Translations under genes and position numbers: made by a program
In this document: one piece after another, positions 1-11,400 of the stretch
Layout: each line of letters begins with the position of its first letter
Position numbering within the stretch: the stretch's first letter is position 1
DNA from: Bacteroidota bacterium
GTDB lineage: Bacteria > Bacteroidota > Bacteroidia > UKL13-3
DNA: 64,000 nucleotides
Reading direction: 5' to 3'
Assembly (NCBI GenBank): GCA_947456185.1
Contig: CANGPW010000001.1
Coordinates: forward strand, 17,884-81,883
The notes under the pieces: generated by a model
Database searches by the model: none
Told to the model about the DNA's origin: nothing
Seen by the model: the letters and a program-made list of their open reading frames with translations, nothing else

Positions 1-61
1 ATTTAACCCATTCCTCGTGAATATTTGGTTCTAAATTAATGGTTACGTTATATACTATCAT
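1..61 (-). CDS. DUF4286-like protein, 5' fragment (runs off window)
   Basis: Hand translation MIVYNVTINLEPNIHEEWVK resembles the N-terminus of Bacteroidota DUF4286 proteins; ATG lies 4 nt after the TPR gene stop. Confidence 0.65.
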   Translation of the reverse strand, partial: MIVYNVTINLEPNIHEEWVK

Positions 62-65
62 TTTT

Positions 66-1877
66 TTAATTGATTAAATCGCCTCTTAATTGGCGGTATC
101 TTTTTCTTACTTCATTGATAAAAATACTGCTTCCGTAATTTTCAATAAATTTCTCGTATTGCTTTTTTGTTTCTTCGTTATTGTTTAAATTTTTATCGTA
201 AATAATTGCTAAATTGAGCAATGCATTGTCACCCAAAATATCGCTTCCATGTTCATTGATAACAATATTATATTGAATAATGGCTTCATTAAATTTCTTT
301 TGTTTGGTGTAAACCTGCGCTTTTTTAAATGCAATGTCATCACTTAAAGCATGTTTTGGAAACAATATTACAATGGAATCTAATAATTGAAATGCCTCTG
401 CGAACTTGTTTTGCTGATAATCTAAATCGGCTTTTGCAAATAGCTTGAGCGCATCTTCGATTGAATCCAAAGTATTGTCCTGTATTAATAATGAAAGTTC
501 CAGTGCATTATTGGCTATCAATTGCGTGGTGGCAGTTTTCAAAATGTCTAATTGGGCTTTTGCCCATTCAAATTCACCTAAATAAAAACTCAATTTTGCA
601 TTTCTAAACTTGGCTTCTTGGCCAAATGGATGTTCCAAAAACTCCTTGTCTACTTGTCCGTAAAGCAGCATTGCATCCCATTCTTGTCCTTTTATTACAT
701 ATAAATCGCCTAAGTCTAGTTTGCATTCAGCTTTAAAAAAATTATCAGTTCCTGGTAACGCTATAATATTATTATAAATGTCAATTGCCTTATTAATATC
801 GTTTAAATAATAAGCATATAACTTACCCAAATCGCGCATACTTTGAGCCGTATAATTTGTTTTTCCGTTTTCTGCTAAAAATGAAATATAGGTTTTTTCT
901 AAATTTTCTAAATCAAGCAAACTGAGGTTCGAATTACTCAATAATTTTTTATTGCTGGCTTCCAAAATTCCAAGTTTTGCAGATAAATAATAAGCTTTGG
1001 TATTCCCTAAAATTACAACTTCATTGAACAAGCGAATGGCGGCATCATATTTTTCATTGCTAATGGCCAAATAACCCAAATCCATCATTTTTCGGCCTTC
1101 TTCTTTTAAGCGTTTGTCTATTGCTTTTGCTTGAATTAAGGCATTATCAAAGTCTTTTCGTTGCACATAAAACCAAATTAACATTTCGTAAAAAACATCG
1201 GTATTTGGATTGCTTTTTATTTTACGAATCAATGAATTTTTCAGTAACTCAAAGTCTGAATTTTGTTGAATATTATTTTGTAACAATCCTTGAACTTCTT
1301 CTCTAATTATTGTGCTTTGCTCTACACTTCCCAAATATTCATCAATCATTAATTGGGTTTGTTTGGTTTTGGCATAAAGAGCTGCTAATTCATTATTAAA
1401 AACACTGATATAGCCCAATAATTTTCGTCCATTGATATAGCTTTTTATAGCATATTCTGTTTCATTGCGTTTTTCAAAAGCGTTGGAAGCCTCGTTTATT
1501 TTATCCTGATTAGGAATGGTTTTTTTTATAACTTCATCAAACTGCTTAATGGCTTTTTCCGACTTGTTGCTTAATTTATTAATGTATCCAATATCTACCA
1601 TGTAATAAGCAGAATTTAACTTTCGGTACATTTTTTTACATAAACTTTCAGCATCATCAAAGCGTTTTAGCTTAATGTACGACTGCAATAAATTATCGTA
1701 AAAGTAAAAAGACGTAAGGTTTTTATTGAGTAGTTTTTCATACAAATCAGCGGCTTTATCGTACTCCGCATTAGAGAAAAATTGAGCAGCTAATTTCTCT
1801 TCGTTGTTTTGTGCAACCATGTCATTGCCAAAGGCAAAAAACAACAGAAAAAGTATGAATTTATAAGCGAATTTCAT
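66..1877 (-). CDS. Tetratricopeptide repeat protein with signal peptide
   Basis: Long ORF with many TPR-like helical motifs (YDKAADLYEKLL, FNEAIIQYNIVI); ATG 1877 preferred over TTG 1895. Confidence 0.85.
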   Translation of the reverse strand: MKFAYKFILFLLFFAFGNDMVAQNNEEKLAAQFFSNAEYDKAADLYEKLLNKNLTSFYFYDNLLQSYIKLKRFDDAESLCKKMYRKLNSAYYMVDIGYINKLSNKSEKAIKQFDEVIKKTIPNQDKINEASNAFEKRNETEYAIKSYINGRKLLGYISVFNNELAALYAKTKQTQLMIDEYLGSVEQSTIIREEVQGLLQNNIQQNSDFELLKNSLIRKIKSNPNTDVFYEMLIWFYVQRKDFDNALIQAKAIDKRLKEEGRKMMDLGYLAISNEKYDAAIRLFNEVVILGNTKAYYLSAKLGILEASNKKLLSNSNLSLLDLENLEKTYISFLAENGKTNYTAQSMRDLGKLYAYYLNDINKAIDIYNNIIALPGTDNFFKAECKLDLGDLYVIKGQEWDAMLLYGQVDKEFLEHPFGQEAKFRNAKLSFYLGEFEWAKAQLDILKTATTQLIANNALELSLLIQDNTLDSIEDALKLFAKADLDYQQNKFAEAFQLLDSIVILFPKHALSDDIAFKKAQVYTKQKKFNEAIIQYNIVINEHGSDILGDNALLNLAIIYDKNLNNNEETKKQYEKFIENYGSSIFINEVRKRYRQLRGDLIN

Positions 1878-1904
1878 TTTTATTTTCAATAGCAAATAAA
1901 GGTT

Positions 1905-2510
1905 TTATTTCTTAATTTTACTTGGATTATTACTTACAAAACTATCCCAACTGGTGGCTTTCTTTTTTGTAGGAATTTTTGCTTTGGTTTTTGCAGTAGC
2001 AATGCCTAAATTTTTTTGCATATAATGGCAATATGCTGCTGCCAATCCATCGGTGGCATCTAAAAATTTAGAGTCGTGTTGGAACTTTAAAATATGCTGT
2101 AACATGCCCGAAACTTGTTCTTTAGTAGCATTTCCATTTCCCGTAATTGATTGTTTGATTTTCTTTGGAGCATATTCATTTACTGCTAGTTCACGGCTCA
2201 TAGCGCCAGCAATAGCAACACCTTGCGCTCTTCCTAGTTTTAACATCGACTGAACATTTTTACCATAAAAAGGTGATTCAATGGCTAATTCGTCTGGTTT
2301 AAACTCATCAATTAACCCAACTGTTCGCTCAAATATTTTCTTTAATTTCATGGCATAATCATCATATTTTTCTAAGTGCAAAACGCCTAAAGTAATTAAT
2401 GAAACTTGCTTTTTAGTAATTCCAATGATTCCATAACCCATTACCATAGTTCCAGGATCTATTCCTAAAATAATGCGGTCAAATTCTTTTATTGCTGGTA
2501 AAATTTCCAA
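1905..2510 (-). CDS. ruvC: Holliday junction resolvase RuvC
   Basis: IILGIDPG, LAIESPF, GRAQGVA, KKIKQSITGNGNATKEQV and DATDGLA motifs; likely TTG start at 2510 just after the upstream stop. Confidence 0.95.
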   Translation of the reverse strand: MEILPAIKEFDRIILGIDPGTMVMGYGIIGITKKQVSLITLGVLHLEKYDDYAMKLKKIFERTVGLIDEFKPDELAIESPFYGKNVQSMLKLGRAQGVAIAGAMSRELAVNEYAPKKIKQSITGNGNATKEQVSGMLQHILKFQHDSKFLDATDGLAAAYCHYMQKNLGIATAKTKAKIPTKKKATSWDSFVSNNPSKIKK

Positions 2511-2511
2511 G

Positions 2512-2907
2512 TTAATTTGGTTCAAAAAACAAGTATGAAAAAATAACAATGGTACCAATAATTCGTAATGCCGATGTAATTAAATAATTATTGGTAAATT
2601 CCATCGGAAAATTAGCTTTCAAAAGTTTGTTGTAGTTAATATTCATTGGAATTGCCAACGATAAAACATTGCTTAAAGCAAAACCCAATAATGCTAAACG
2701 TATAGCTATTAAATCCATTAAAATTATAATGATAAAAATGACCATGGTTCCCAAACTGATGTATAAATTTAAATTGTTGCGTTTGCCAAAAAGGCCAATT
2801 AATATTGCTTTGTGTTCGCTGTTAAGTTTTTCAATAAATTTTTGTTGCCAAACTCGTGCAACCAACATAATAGCAAATCCTGATAATAGATAAAATATAA
2901 AATCCAT
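2512..2907 (-). CDS. Small membrane protein, hypothetical
   Basis: About 4 hydrophobic segments; ATG at 2907 (MDFIFY); abuts ruvC. Confidence 0.7.
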   Translation of the reverse strand: MDFIFYLLSGFAIMLVARVWQQKFIEKLNSEHKAILIGLFGKRNNLNLYISLGTMVIFIIIILMDLIAIRLALLGFALSNVLSLAIPMNINYNKLLKANFPMEFTNNYLITSALRIIGTIVIFSYLFFEPN

Positions 2908-2997
2908 TTTTGTTTTTAAAAACTCAAATATAATTTTAAAACAAAAGCAAACCAATAAAATTATATAAATTGCAAAGCTTAAAGGCAAAATATTGGC

Positions 2998-3978
2998 TTG
3001 AAACAGTTTTGGAAAACACATAAAAAATGGATTACGTATTTAAAACTTGCTTTAGCAGTTTTTACCATTGCGTTTATACTTTATAAATTATTGGTTGCTT
3101 ATCAAATAGATAAAAAATTTATTCAGTTTCATTTCAACTTTTCATTCCAAAATTCTTTGTTGCTGTTGCTGGCTATAATGCTCCTTTTTGCAAACTGGGG
3201 ATTAGAAACCGCTAAATGGCATTTACTCATTAACCAATTTGAAAAAATAAGTTTTCGTAACTCCTTAAAAGCGGTTTTGTCAGGAGTTACTCTAAGCATT
3301 ATTACGCCCAATCAATTGGGCGATTTTGCTGGAAGAGTCATTCACTTGCAAACTTTAAACAAAATAAAAGGCTCGTTAATTACCGTTATTGGACATACTG
3401 CGCAGGTTTTAGTTACCGCTATTTTTGGAATGTACGCACTTTTGGCATTTACCGCTAAAGCCGATTATTACGTTTATATTTATTGGAAGCAAATAGCTTT
3501 TGCGTTTTTTATCATGCATGTTTTTGCAGTTATTGGATATATTCGAATCGATTTATTGTATCATATTTTAAGTAGAACAAGGTTTTTCAATAAAATTGAA
3601 AAATACATCATTGTTTTTAAATCTTACTCCAAAAAGCAATTAACAAAAGTTTTATTTTTTTCTATCATTCGTTACACCGTTTTTATGGTTCAATACATGT
3701 TGTTATTGCAATTTTTTGGTGTTCATATTGGCTTAGTAAATAGTTTTATAGGTGTTGTTGCGGTGTTTTGTATTCAATCTGTGGTGCCAAGTTTTATTCT
3801 GTTAGATATTGGTTTGCGTGGTGCTGCCGCAATTTTTGTTTTTGAGGAACTCAGCAATTTTGATAAAAGCATTGAATTAGGTGTTTTGCTTGCAGCATAT
3901 TCACTATGGATTATCAACATGATGGTTCCCTCGCTTTTAGGTCTAATTTTTATTTTAAAGCATCGTTTTTCTAAATGA
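2998..3978 (+). CDS. Lysylphosphatidylglycerol synthase TM-domain (flippase-like, UPF0104) membrane protein
   Basis: NWGLETAKW and ITPNQLGDFAGR motifs; polytopic membrane protein; overlaps the GT2 start (ATGA). Confidence 0.8.
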   Translation: MKQFWKTHKKWITYLKLALAVFTIAFILYKLLVAYQIDKKFIQFHFNFSFQNSLLLLLAIMLLFANWGLETAKWHLLINQFEKISFRNSLKAVLSGVTLSIITPNQLGDFAGRVIHLQTLNKIKGSLITVIGHTAQVLVTAIFGMYALLAFTAKADYYVYIYWKQIAFAFFIMHVFAVIGYIRIDLLYHILSRTRFFNKIEKYIIVFKSYSKKQLTKVLFFSIIRYTVFMVQYMLLLQFFGVHIGLVNSFIGVVAVFCIQSVVPSFILLDIGLRGAAAIFVFEELSNFDKSIELGVLLAAYSLWIINMMVPSLLGLIFILKHRFSK

Positions 3979-5105
3979 TATTTTGGGTTTATTTTTCATA
4001 TGCATTAACTGCTGGTTATTTTATGTTAATCGCCTTTTTCTATGTTGGATTATTAGCAATTATATACCGAACAAAAAAGTCGGAAACAATAGTAAAAACA
4101 AGTGTTTTAAACACTTTTTCTATTGTTATTGCTGCTCGCAATGAAGAACATTTTATAGGTAAATGTTTGGCATCAATTATCAATCAAAATTTTGATCAAA
4201 CCAAGTTTGAAATCATTGTAATTAATGACCATTCAACCGACAAAACTTTAGCGCTTGTAAATCAGTTCAAAATTCAGCATTCAGCATTCCAAATTTCAAT
4301 CATTGACTTAGCAAATTTTGAAAATATTAACAACAAAAAACAAGCCATTACCAAAGGAATTAATGATGCCATTTTTGATTATATTATTTTAACTGATGCC
4401 GATTGTGTTCGAGGAAATTTATGGTTGCAAAGCATCAATGATTTTATAAATATTTCAGCTTCAAAATTAATATATGCTCCAGTAGAGTTTAAAGCTAAAA
4501 ATATATTTGAAAAACTACAAGCATTAGAGTTTGCAGGCTTAGTAGGAGTTGGGGCTGCCGCCATGGAATTAAAAAATCCAAACATGTGTAGCGCTGCAAA
4601 TTTAATATTTGAAAAACAAGTGTTTTTTGAGGTAAATGGCTATACCGATAATGAACATATTATGACTGGTGATGATGAGTTTTTAATGCATAAAATATTT
4701 AAAAAATATCCGAATCAAGTAAAGTTTTTATTTGATAAAAATGCCATTGTGGAAACTGGTGCAAACGGAACTTTGGCACAGTTAACTGAACAGCGAAAAC
4801 GTTGGGTAAGTAAAAGTACTAAATATGAAAACAGATACATTACTTTAATATTGGTGATGGCTTATTTTTATAATGTGAGCATGGTTTTAAACGTATTTAT
4901 AGACTTGCAATTGGCATTCAATCAATTGCTTTTTAAAATGTTTATAGAAGGTTTGTTTTTATTTACCATGCTTAAATTTTATAATAAAAAAACGTTTATT
5001 TTATTACTTCCTATTGCCGAAATATTTCATATTATTTATGTAATAATTATTGGTATTTGGGCTAATTTTGCAACTTATAAATGGAAAGAAAGAACCCATC
5101 ACTAA
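3975..5105 (+). CDS. Glycosyltransferase family 2
   Basis: SIVIAARNEE, DHSTD, TDADC, GDDEFL and QRKRW (QxxRW) motifs. Confidence 0.92.
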   Translation: MIFWVYFSYALTAGYFMLIAFFYVGLLAIIYRTKKSETIVKTSVLNTFSIVIAARNEEHFIGKCLASIINQNFDQTKFEIIVINDHSTDKTLALVNQFKIQHSAFQISIIDLANFENINNKKQAITKGINDAIFDYIILTDADCVRGNLWLQSINDFINISASKLIYAPVEFKAKNIFEKLQALEFAGLVGVGAAAMELKNPNMCSAANLIFEKQVFFEVNGYTDNEHIMTGDDEFLMHKIFKKYPNQVKFLFDKNAIVETGANGTLAQLTEQRKRWVSKSTKYENRYITLILVMAYFYNVSMVLNVFIDLQLAFNQLLFKMFIEGLFLFTMLKFYNKKTFILLLPIAEIFHIIYVIIIGIWANFATYKWKERTHH

Positions 5106-5109
5106 CAAT

Positions 5110-5385
5110 ATGAATTACGAATTAAGCGAGATAGATTACGACATTTTAGATATTTTATACTTTGTAGAACCCTTTGAAAAAATACTAGAAGAAGTAGCTG
5201 CTCCACCCAAAATAGTAGCAGATTGCTTAAAGCATTTGATTGCTAAAAAATATGTGGTTGCCATGCGTTTTGACGAGGAAAAACAAGATTATTTGAAAAG
5301 CTTTATTTATGATGCTGACGATATGTATGCATATAGATATTTAGCCACCAAAGATGGCATGCTAGCGCACAACGGAAGACTTTAA
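5110..5385 (+). CDS. Hypothetical small protein (possible winged helix)
   Basis: ATG 5110 follows the GT2 stop; protein-like composition. Confidence 0.7.
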   Translation: MNYELSEIDYDILDILYFVEPFEKILEEVAAPPKIVADCLKHLIAKKYVVAMRFDEEKQDYLKSFIYDADDMYAYRYLATKDGMLAHNGRL

Positions 5386-5424
5386 AGACTTTATATATTT
5401 TTTTCTCTGATTTTTTGAAACAAA

Positions 5425-6744
5425 CTAAAAGCTAATTTTCAAAACACTTTTCGAATCGTTTCCTAGCTTATAATCGTTACTAATTTGATAGGGAATTAAC
5501 GCTACAATTTCGTTGGTTTTTTTACTTACTAAAACCATGCATTTTTGCTTCTCAAAACCATTAATTTTTTTATCAATTAAATAATCGCTCACAAGCTTAT
5601 TTCCATTCATTCCAAGTGGCTTGAAGCGGTCGCCTTGCTGCCAAGTTTGAATAATAAATTCATTGCCAGTTTTTTCTATGTTTAGGTATAAAAAATCTTT
5701 TGAAAAAATACTTAGTTTTTCATTCATTGTTTCAAAGCTAATTTCACCCATGGGTGTGTTCATTTTTTGAATGGTATTATCAATCAATAATGTTTGATGA
5801 AATTCTTCTGTTTTTCGTTCAAGAATAATAATAAATTCTCGATCAATTAATGCTTCGTGGGTTTCACTTTCAAATATAATTCCACTGTTATTCTCATGGT
5901 TTTCTATCATGTTTAAAATAGCAGTTTCATTCATATTGTATTCACTCAAAATATTGAAAAGTAAGCTAGTTACAGCCGCATGTTGCATAATTTCAAGGTT
6001 TATATAAACTAAGTTATTGCTGGTTTTTACAAATTGGCTTTTCAGTTCATTGATTCTTTCATTGAGCAATATTTCATCAGCACTAATTTTTTTGCTTAGC
6101 GAATAAAAATTATTCACTGCATTGGAATTTAATTCTTCTAGTTTTGGAATCACTAAATGCCTTATTTTATTTCGCCAATAATCGTCTTTTTTATTGCTAC
6201 TGTCTTCCCTAAAATCAATATTATGTTCATTGGCATAATGAGTAATTTCAGCTTTATTGCTAAATAATAATGGCCTTATAATGTTATTTTTTTTGGGTAA
6301 AATTCCGTGCAAACCACTCATTCCCGTTCCTCGTGTTATATTAATGAGCATGGTTTCAGCTACATCGTTTTGGTGGTGTGCGGTGGCAATATATTGGCAA
6401 TTATTTTCCAACGCAATTTTATTAAACCAGTCATACCTTAATTGGCGAGCAGCCATTTGAATTGAAATTTTATTTTCTTCAGCAAATGATTTTGTATTGA
6501 ATTTTATGGTAAAATATTCAATATTATTTTTTTGACAGGTGTCAAAAACCAGCTTTTCATCTCCATCACTTTCATTGCTCCGCAACCCAAAATTACAATG
6601 TGCCACAGCAATTTTAGTGTTTGATTTTATAAATAAATCAAGCATTACCATTGAATCTATTCCACCACTGATGGTCAACAAAACTTTATCGGAATTTTGA
6701 AATAATTGGTTGCTTTCTATAAATTTTTTGAACGAAATTAGCAT
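5425..6744 (-). CDS. tilS: tRNA(Ile)-lysidine synthase
   Basis: PP-loop SGGIDS, AARQLRY, TAHHQND, RPLL and DSSN motifs. Confidence 0.96.
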   Translation of the reverse strand: MLISFKKFIESNQLFQNSDKVLLTISGGIDSMVMLDLFIKSNTKIAVAHCNFGLRSNESDGDEKLVFDTCQKNNIEYFTIKFNTKSFAEENKISIQMAARQLRYDWFNKIALENNCQYIATAHHQNDVAETMLINITRGTGMSGLHGILPKKNNIIRPLLFSNKAEITHYANEHNIDFREDSSNKKDDYWRNKIRHLVIPKLEELNSNAVNNFYSLSKKISADEILLNERINELKSQFVKTSNNLVYINLEIMQHAAVTSLLFNILSEYNMNETAILNMIENHENNSGIIFESETHEALIDREFIIILERKTEEFHQTLLIDNTIQKMNTPMGEISFETMNEKLSIFSKDFLYLNIEKTGNEFIIQTWQQGDRFKPLGMNGNKLVSDYLIDKKINGFEKQKCMVLVSKKTNEIVALIPYQISNDYKLGNDSKSVLKISF

Positions 6745-6848
6745 TGACAAAAATAACTTGTAATAATTTATGGTGTAATTTTACAAATAATTTTGCATTA
6801 AATAACATTATATGTATGCTGTAATTAAAAATTTAATAGTTTTGACCC

Positions 6849-8369
6849 ATGCAATATTTTGCCAAAAGATTTAAATACCTCATTGTTTTTATAACATTAG
6901 TTCAAGTAGTAAATGCTCAACAAAAAAGTAGAGTAGAGATTTTAGGTGCCGATTTATTTGAGGGTCAAGTTACGCAGTTTGGCAATTCCAAAAAATTAAT
7001 TGGGAATGTAAAATTAAAACAAGAAAACACATTGATGTATTGCGATTCTGCCATTTTATATGATGATTCAAATACGGTAAAAGCTTATAGCAATGTTAGA
7101 ATTAATCATAACGACAGCATTCGTATGGAAGGAGATTACCTGAAATATGAAGGAAATTCAAAACAAGCATACATGGAAGGAAATGTGAAAATGTATGATA
7201 AATCAATGACTTTAACCACCAATCAACTTAATTTTGACATGGAAAACAATGTTGGTTTTTATTTAAATAATGCAACGATTATAAGTGATAAAAATAATTT
7301 GAAAAGCCAGTTTGGATATTATTACAGTAGAACTCGAAACTTTTTTTTCAAAAAAAATGTGGTATTAATTAATCCTGAATATACCATGAAAAGCGATACG
7401 CTGATGTATAATACCATTTCCAAAACTTCTTATTTTTATGGTTCAACTGTAATTGAAGGAAAAAAAGATAAAATAACTTGTGAAAATGGTTGGTACGATA
7501 CCAAAAAAGAAGTGAGTCAGTTTAGTAAAAATGCAGTACTTTATACTGAAAATAAAATGCTAAAAGCGGATAGTTTATTTTATGACAGAAAAAATAATAT
7601 TGGAAAAGCATTTAATAACATTGAATTGTATGATTCTATTCAAAAAATAAAATTGTATGGAAATTATGGAATTACCAATGGTAAAACCAAAAAAACCTTT
7701 GTTACACAAAATCCATATGCATTAATGATAATGGACCAAAACGACAGTTTGTTTTTATATGCCGACAGTATTTTTTTGTTACAAGCTGATAAAAAATTAA
7801 AACAAAAAGAAGCCATAAAAGCATACCATAAAGTGAAAATTTTCAAGTCGGATATTCAAGGTGTTTGCGATAGTTTAATTTACATAAAATCTGATTCAAC
7901 TTTATCTATGTTTTCTTCACCAATTATTTGGAACGGAGTGAATCAAATTACGGCAGATACTATTCTATTTTATGTTAATAATAATAAGCTGGATTCCCTT
8001 GATTTACGTAGTAATTCTTTCTTAATTTCTAATGAAAAAGGCCCTCATTATAACCAAGTAAAAGGTAAAAACATGAAGGGTTATTTAGACAGTTCAAACA
8101 TCAAATATTTGCGTGTTTATGGCAACGGACAAAGTATATATTATGCCAAAGAAGACAGTGTAAATTACATTGGAATTAACAAAGTTGATTGCAGTGAAAT
8201 GGAATTTTATTTTATAAATAAAAAAATAAGTAAAGGTGTTTTTATTACAAATCCTGAAGGTTTATTTTACCCATTAGATGAACTAAAATCTGAAGAATTA
8301 AGACTAAGAGGGTTTGTTTGGCGAGAAAAGGAAAAGCCACAAAAGGTTTATTATCAATACAAAAAATAA
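6849..8369 (+). CDS. OstA-like (LptA/LptD N-terminal beta-jellyroll) protein
   Basis: Signal peptide; repeated CDSA/SDTL/ADSL beta-strand motifs typical of Bacteroidota OstA-like proteins. Confidence 0.85.
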   Translation: MQYFAKRFKYLIVFITLVQVVNAQQKSRVEILGADLFEGQVTQFGNSKKLIGNVKLKQENTLMYCDSAILYDDSNTVKAYSNVRINHNDSIRMEGDYLKYEGNSKQAYMEGNVKMYDKSMTLTTNQLNFDMENNVGFYLNNATIISDKNNLKSQFGYYYSRTRNFFFKKNVVLINPEYTMKSDTLMYNTISKTSYFYGSTVIEGKKDKITCENGWYDTKKEVSQFSKNAVLYTENKMLKADSLFYDRKNNIGKAFNNIELYDSIQKIKLYGNYGITNGKTKKTFVTQNPYALMIMDQNDSLFLYADSIFLLQADKKLKQKEAIKAYHKVKIFKSDIQGVCDSLIYIKSDSTLSMFSSPIIWNGVNQITADTILFYVNNNKLDSLDLRSNSFLISNEKGPHYNQVKGKNMKGYLDSSNIKYLRVYGNGQSIYYAKEDSVNYIGINKVDCSEMEFYFINKKISKGVFITNPEGLFYPLDELKSEELRLRGFVWREKEKPQKVYYQYKK

Positions 8370-8466
8370 AAAAATGTTAATTTGTTGTGCAAATGTTTGC
8401 TTTTTCAAACTAAATATCTATTTTAGCTAACTCAAATATATTAAAAATTTAACAAAAAAAGAATAT

Positions 8467-11400
8467 ATGAAATCAAATCTTACTAATTTTTACGCTAAAC
8501 TAAGTTTATACTTAGTTGTATTTATTGGGCTAACTGCAAGTAGTGCTTTTGCCCAGGGTTTTGCCGGAGGTAAAACTTATGTTGTAAACGGTCAAGCCGA
8601 TTTAGTTGCGCCCGTAGATACATTTGCTAACCTTTCAGGTGCTGGAAATACAGGTGCCATTACTTATTTAAATACGAATGGTATTGATGTTACACAAGCT
8701 ACTGGCTTAGTAACAATTTTATTAGCATCAGGTTATTCTGGTGTTGAGCCTACTGCAATTCAAGTTGGACAGACAAATGGCTCTGGATACCCCAATATGA
8801 GTTCAACTAGACCCATTGTTTTAAAACCAGCTGCTGGTTTAAACTTTGTCATTTCTTCAACAGCTATAATAGCTGCAAATGGTAGTTTATTTAGAGTTTT
8901 TGGAAGTACCGATTTTACAATAGATGGAAGTGGAACATCAGGACAAAGAAATATAACGTTTAACATGGCAACTTCAAATGCTACAACTGCTAAAGTTATT
9001 GACTTTATTCCTGCCTCAGCAAACAGATTAAGAAATGTTGGAATAAAAAATTGTATTATTGTTGGTAATTCAGTTGGAACTACTATTAATACATACGCAG
9101 GTATTTATTTTGGTGGTATATCTTCAAACACTGCACCAGCTTTATTAGGAACAAACTATAATATAAGTTACGTAAATAATTTAATTATGGCAGTTCAAAA
9201 TGGTATTTCTCATAGAGGATTTGCTACAATTACTACTTTATTCCCCTCACAAGATACAGGAGTTAATATAATTAACAATATAATTGGTAATTATAATAAT
9301 CCAATAAATGCAGCAAATTCTGCTTGCATTGGTGGAACAACTTCCAATCTTGCAGGTATTTATTTAAATACAGTTGCTAATTCTACAATTTCAGGTAATA
9401 TTATTAGAAATACTTTGCCATTAAGTGTTTCATCAGTTAATGCTAATTTTTCAGGAATAAGATTAGACGGAACAGGTGGAATTGCATTGGATTCAAATAT
9501 TAGAGTAGTAAAAAATCAAATATATGGCATTTATTCAAATGCGACAAGTCAAGGTGTATCTGGAATTAGAGTAAGTTTAGGGGCAACAACCTCACCAAGA
9601 AATATATTAATAGCAAATAACTCAATTGCAAAAATTGCATCAATAAGTGGTGGATCTTTATATACAACAATGGGAAACTACACTGCTGGTATATTAATAG
9701 ATGTTGCAACTGCAAATGTTGGTTTAGAAGTTTTGTTTAATTCAGTTAATTTAACGGGAGATACAATTGCTTCAAATTCTATTTCAGCGTGTTTTGTAAC
9801 AAGTAGTACTACTTTAGGTGGTATTACCATGATGAATAATTCATATGTAAACAAATTAAGCAGAACAATAGGTGATGGTACCACTACATTTGGTAATATA
9901 GCAGGTTACCAAAACTATGCGGTAATTGTTGCTGGAAATAATGCAAATCCTTTTACTTTCTCAAATTTTAATAATTACTTTGCAAACACATTTGGCGGTG
10001 GGTATGCTTTTGTAGCTGGTTTAAACAGAAATAACCTTTTAACAAATGTCTCAACTTTAAAAAGCTATGTTACTTTTTGTCCTTCAGATACAAATAGCTT
10101 TGCAATAATTCCTCCATCAACTAGTGATACTTTATGGTCAGTAGCAAGTGGCTTTTCTCATAGAACTTATAACAGAGGTTATGCTTTAGCAACTTTAGAT
10201 CAATTTAGTTTTGCAGTTTATAATGCACTAAAAAATAAAATAAGTGATGATATTTTTGGAAATTCGAGAACAGGTTTAGGAAGATTTACTTCCATAGGTT
10301 GTCATCAATGGTTAGGAGATTCAATAGATATTCCTACAGCATTACGTGGAGGAATTACTTATAATATTGATGGTTTTTCTAGTCCTCCCTTAGCTACAAC
10401 TCCTAATACAGGAAGTTTTAAAGATATAGCTGAAGCAATTACCTATTTAAATTCATATGGTATTATTGGAAATCAAAACAATGTTACACTACGTATTTTT
10501 GCTGGTTATGCAAGAGAAACAGGTTGGATTCCAGCAATTATTGATTATCCGGGTTCAGATCCTTCATTAAATGTAATTATTAGACCCAATGTTGGTGTTG
10601 TAGATACTATTTGGGCTCCAAATGCTCCAAACATGGGCAATACATCTGTTTTAAGATTTATGGGTGCAAAAAATGTAATAGTTGATGGCTTAACTAGTTC
10701 AAGTCCAAATGTAAGAAACTTAACATTTATGTTTAGAGGTCAATCTGTAACAAATAATGCACGTGTTATTGGTATTGTGCCTACAGATGTTCCTTGTCAA
10801 AATATTACTATCAAAAATGTAAATATTATAGGTAATACATCAACAACAGCCATAAATACACATTCGGGTATATATTATGGTTACCCTTTAACAAATACAA
10901 TTCCAGCTGGAAATGATACATTAAGAACCATTGCTAATAGCAATATTAGTATTAGCAATAATTTAATTCAAGGTGTAAGAAATGGAATAGTTGTATTAGG
11001 TTCTGCAGCAAATCCAGCAGGTTCCGCGCCAGATTTTAAAGGTACAGCATCAGGAACTCCATCATTTAGAATTGCTAATTTAAAAATTACTGGTAATATT
11101 ATTGGTGGAAACACTTCTCCAAATGGTAGTTTACCTACCACTTTTATAGGTGGTGCTGCTAATCAAGCAGGTATTTACGTTCAAGGTATTGAAGCTACAT
11201 TAATAGATTCTAATATTATTAGAAATACATTACCAGCTACTGCATTATCTAATGGTTTTAGAGGTATTGAAGTCAATGAAGCTTCAACTTTATATCCAAA
11301 TTTTGATGTAACAGTAACTAAAAACTTTATTTATAATTTAGTTACAGTAAGCGGTCAAAGTGCAATTGGAATTAGAACTTATTTTAACGCACCTAATGGA

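Noticed and set aside
1905..2010. Basic C-terminal extension of RuvC
   Set aside because: An SW..FV..NP tail is typical of Bacteroidota RuvC
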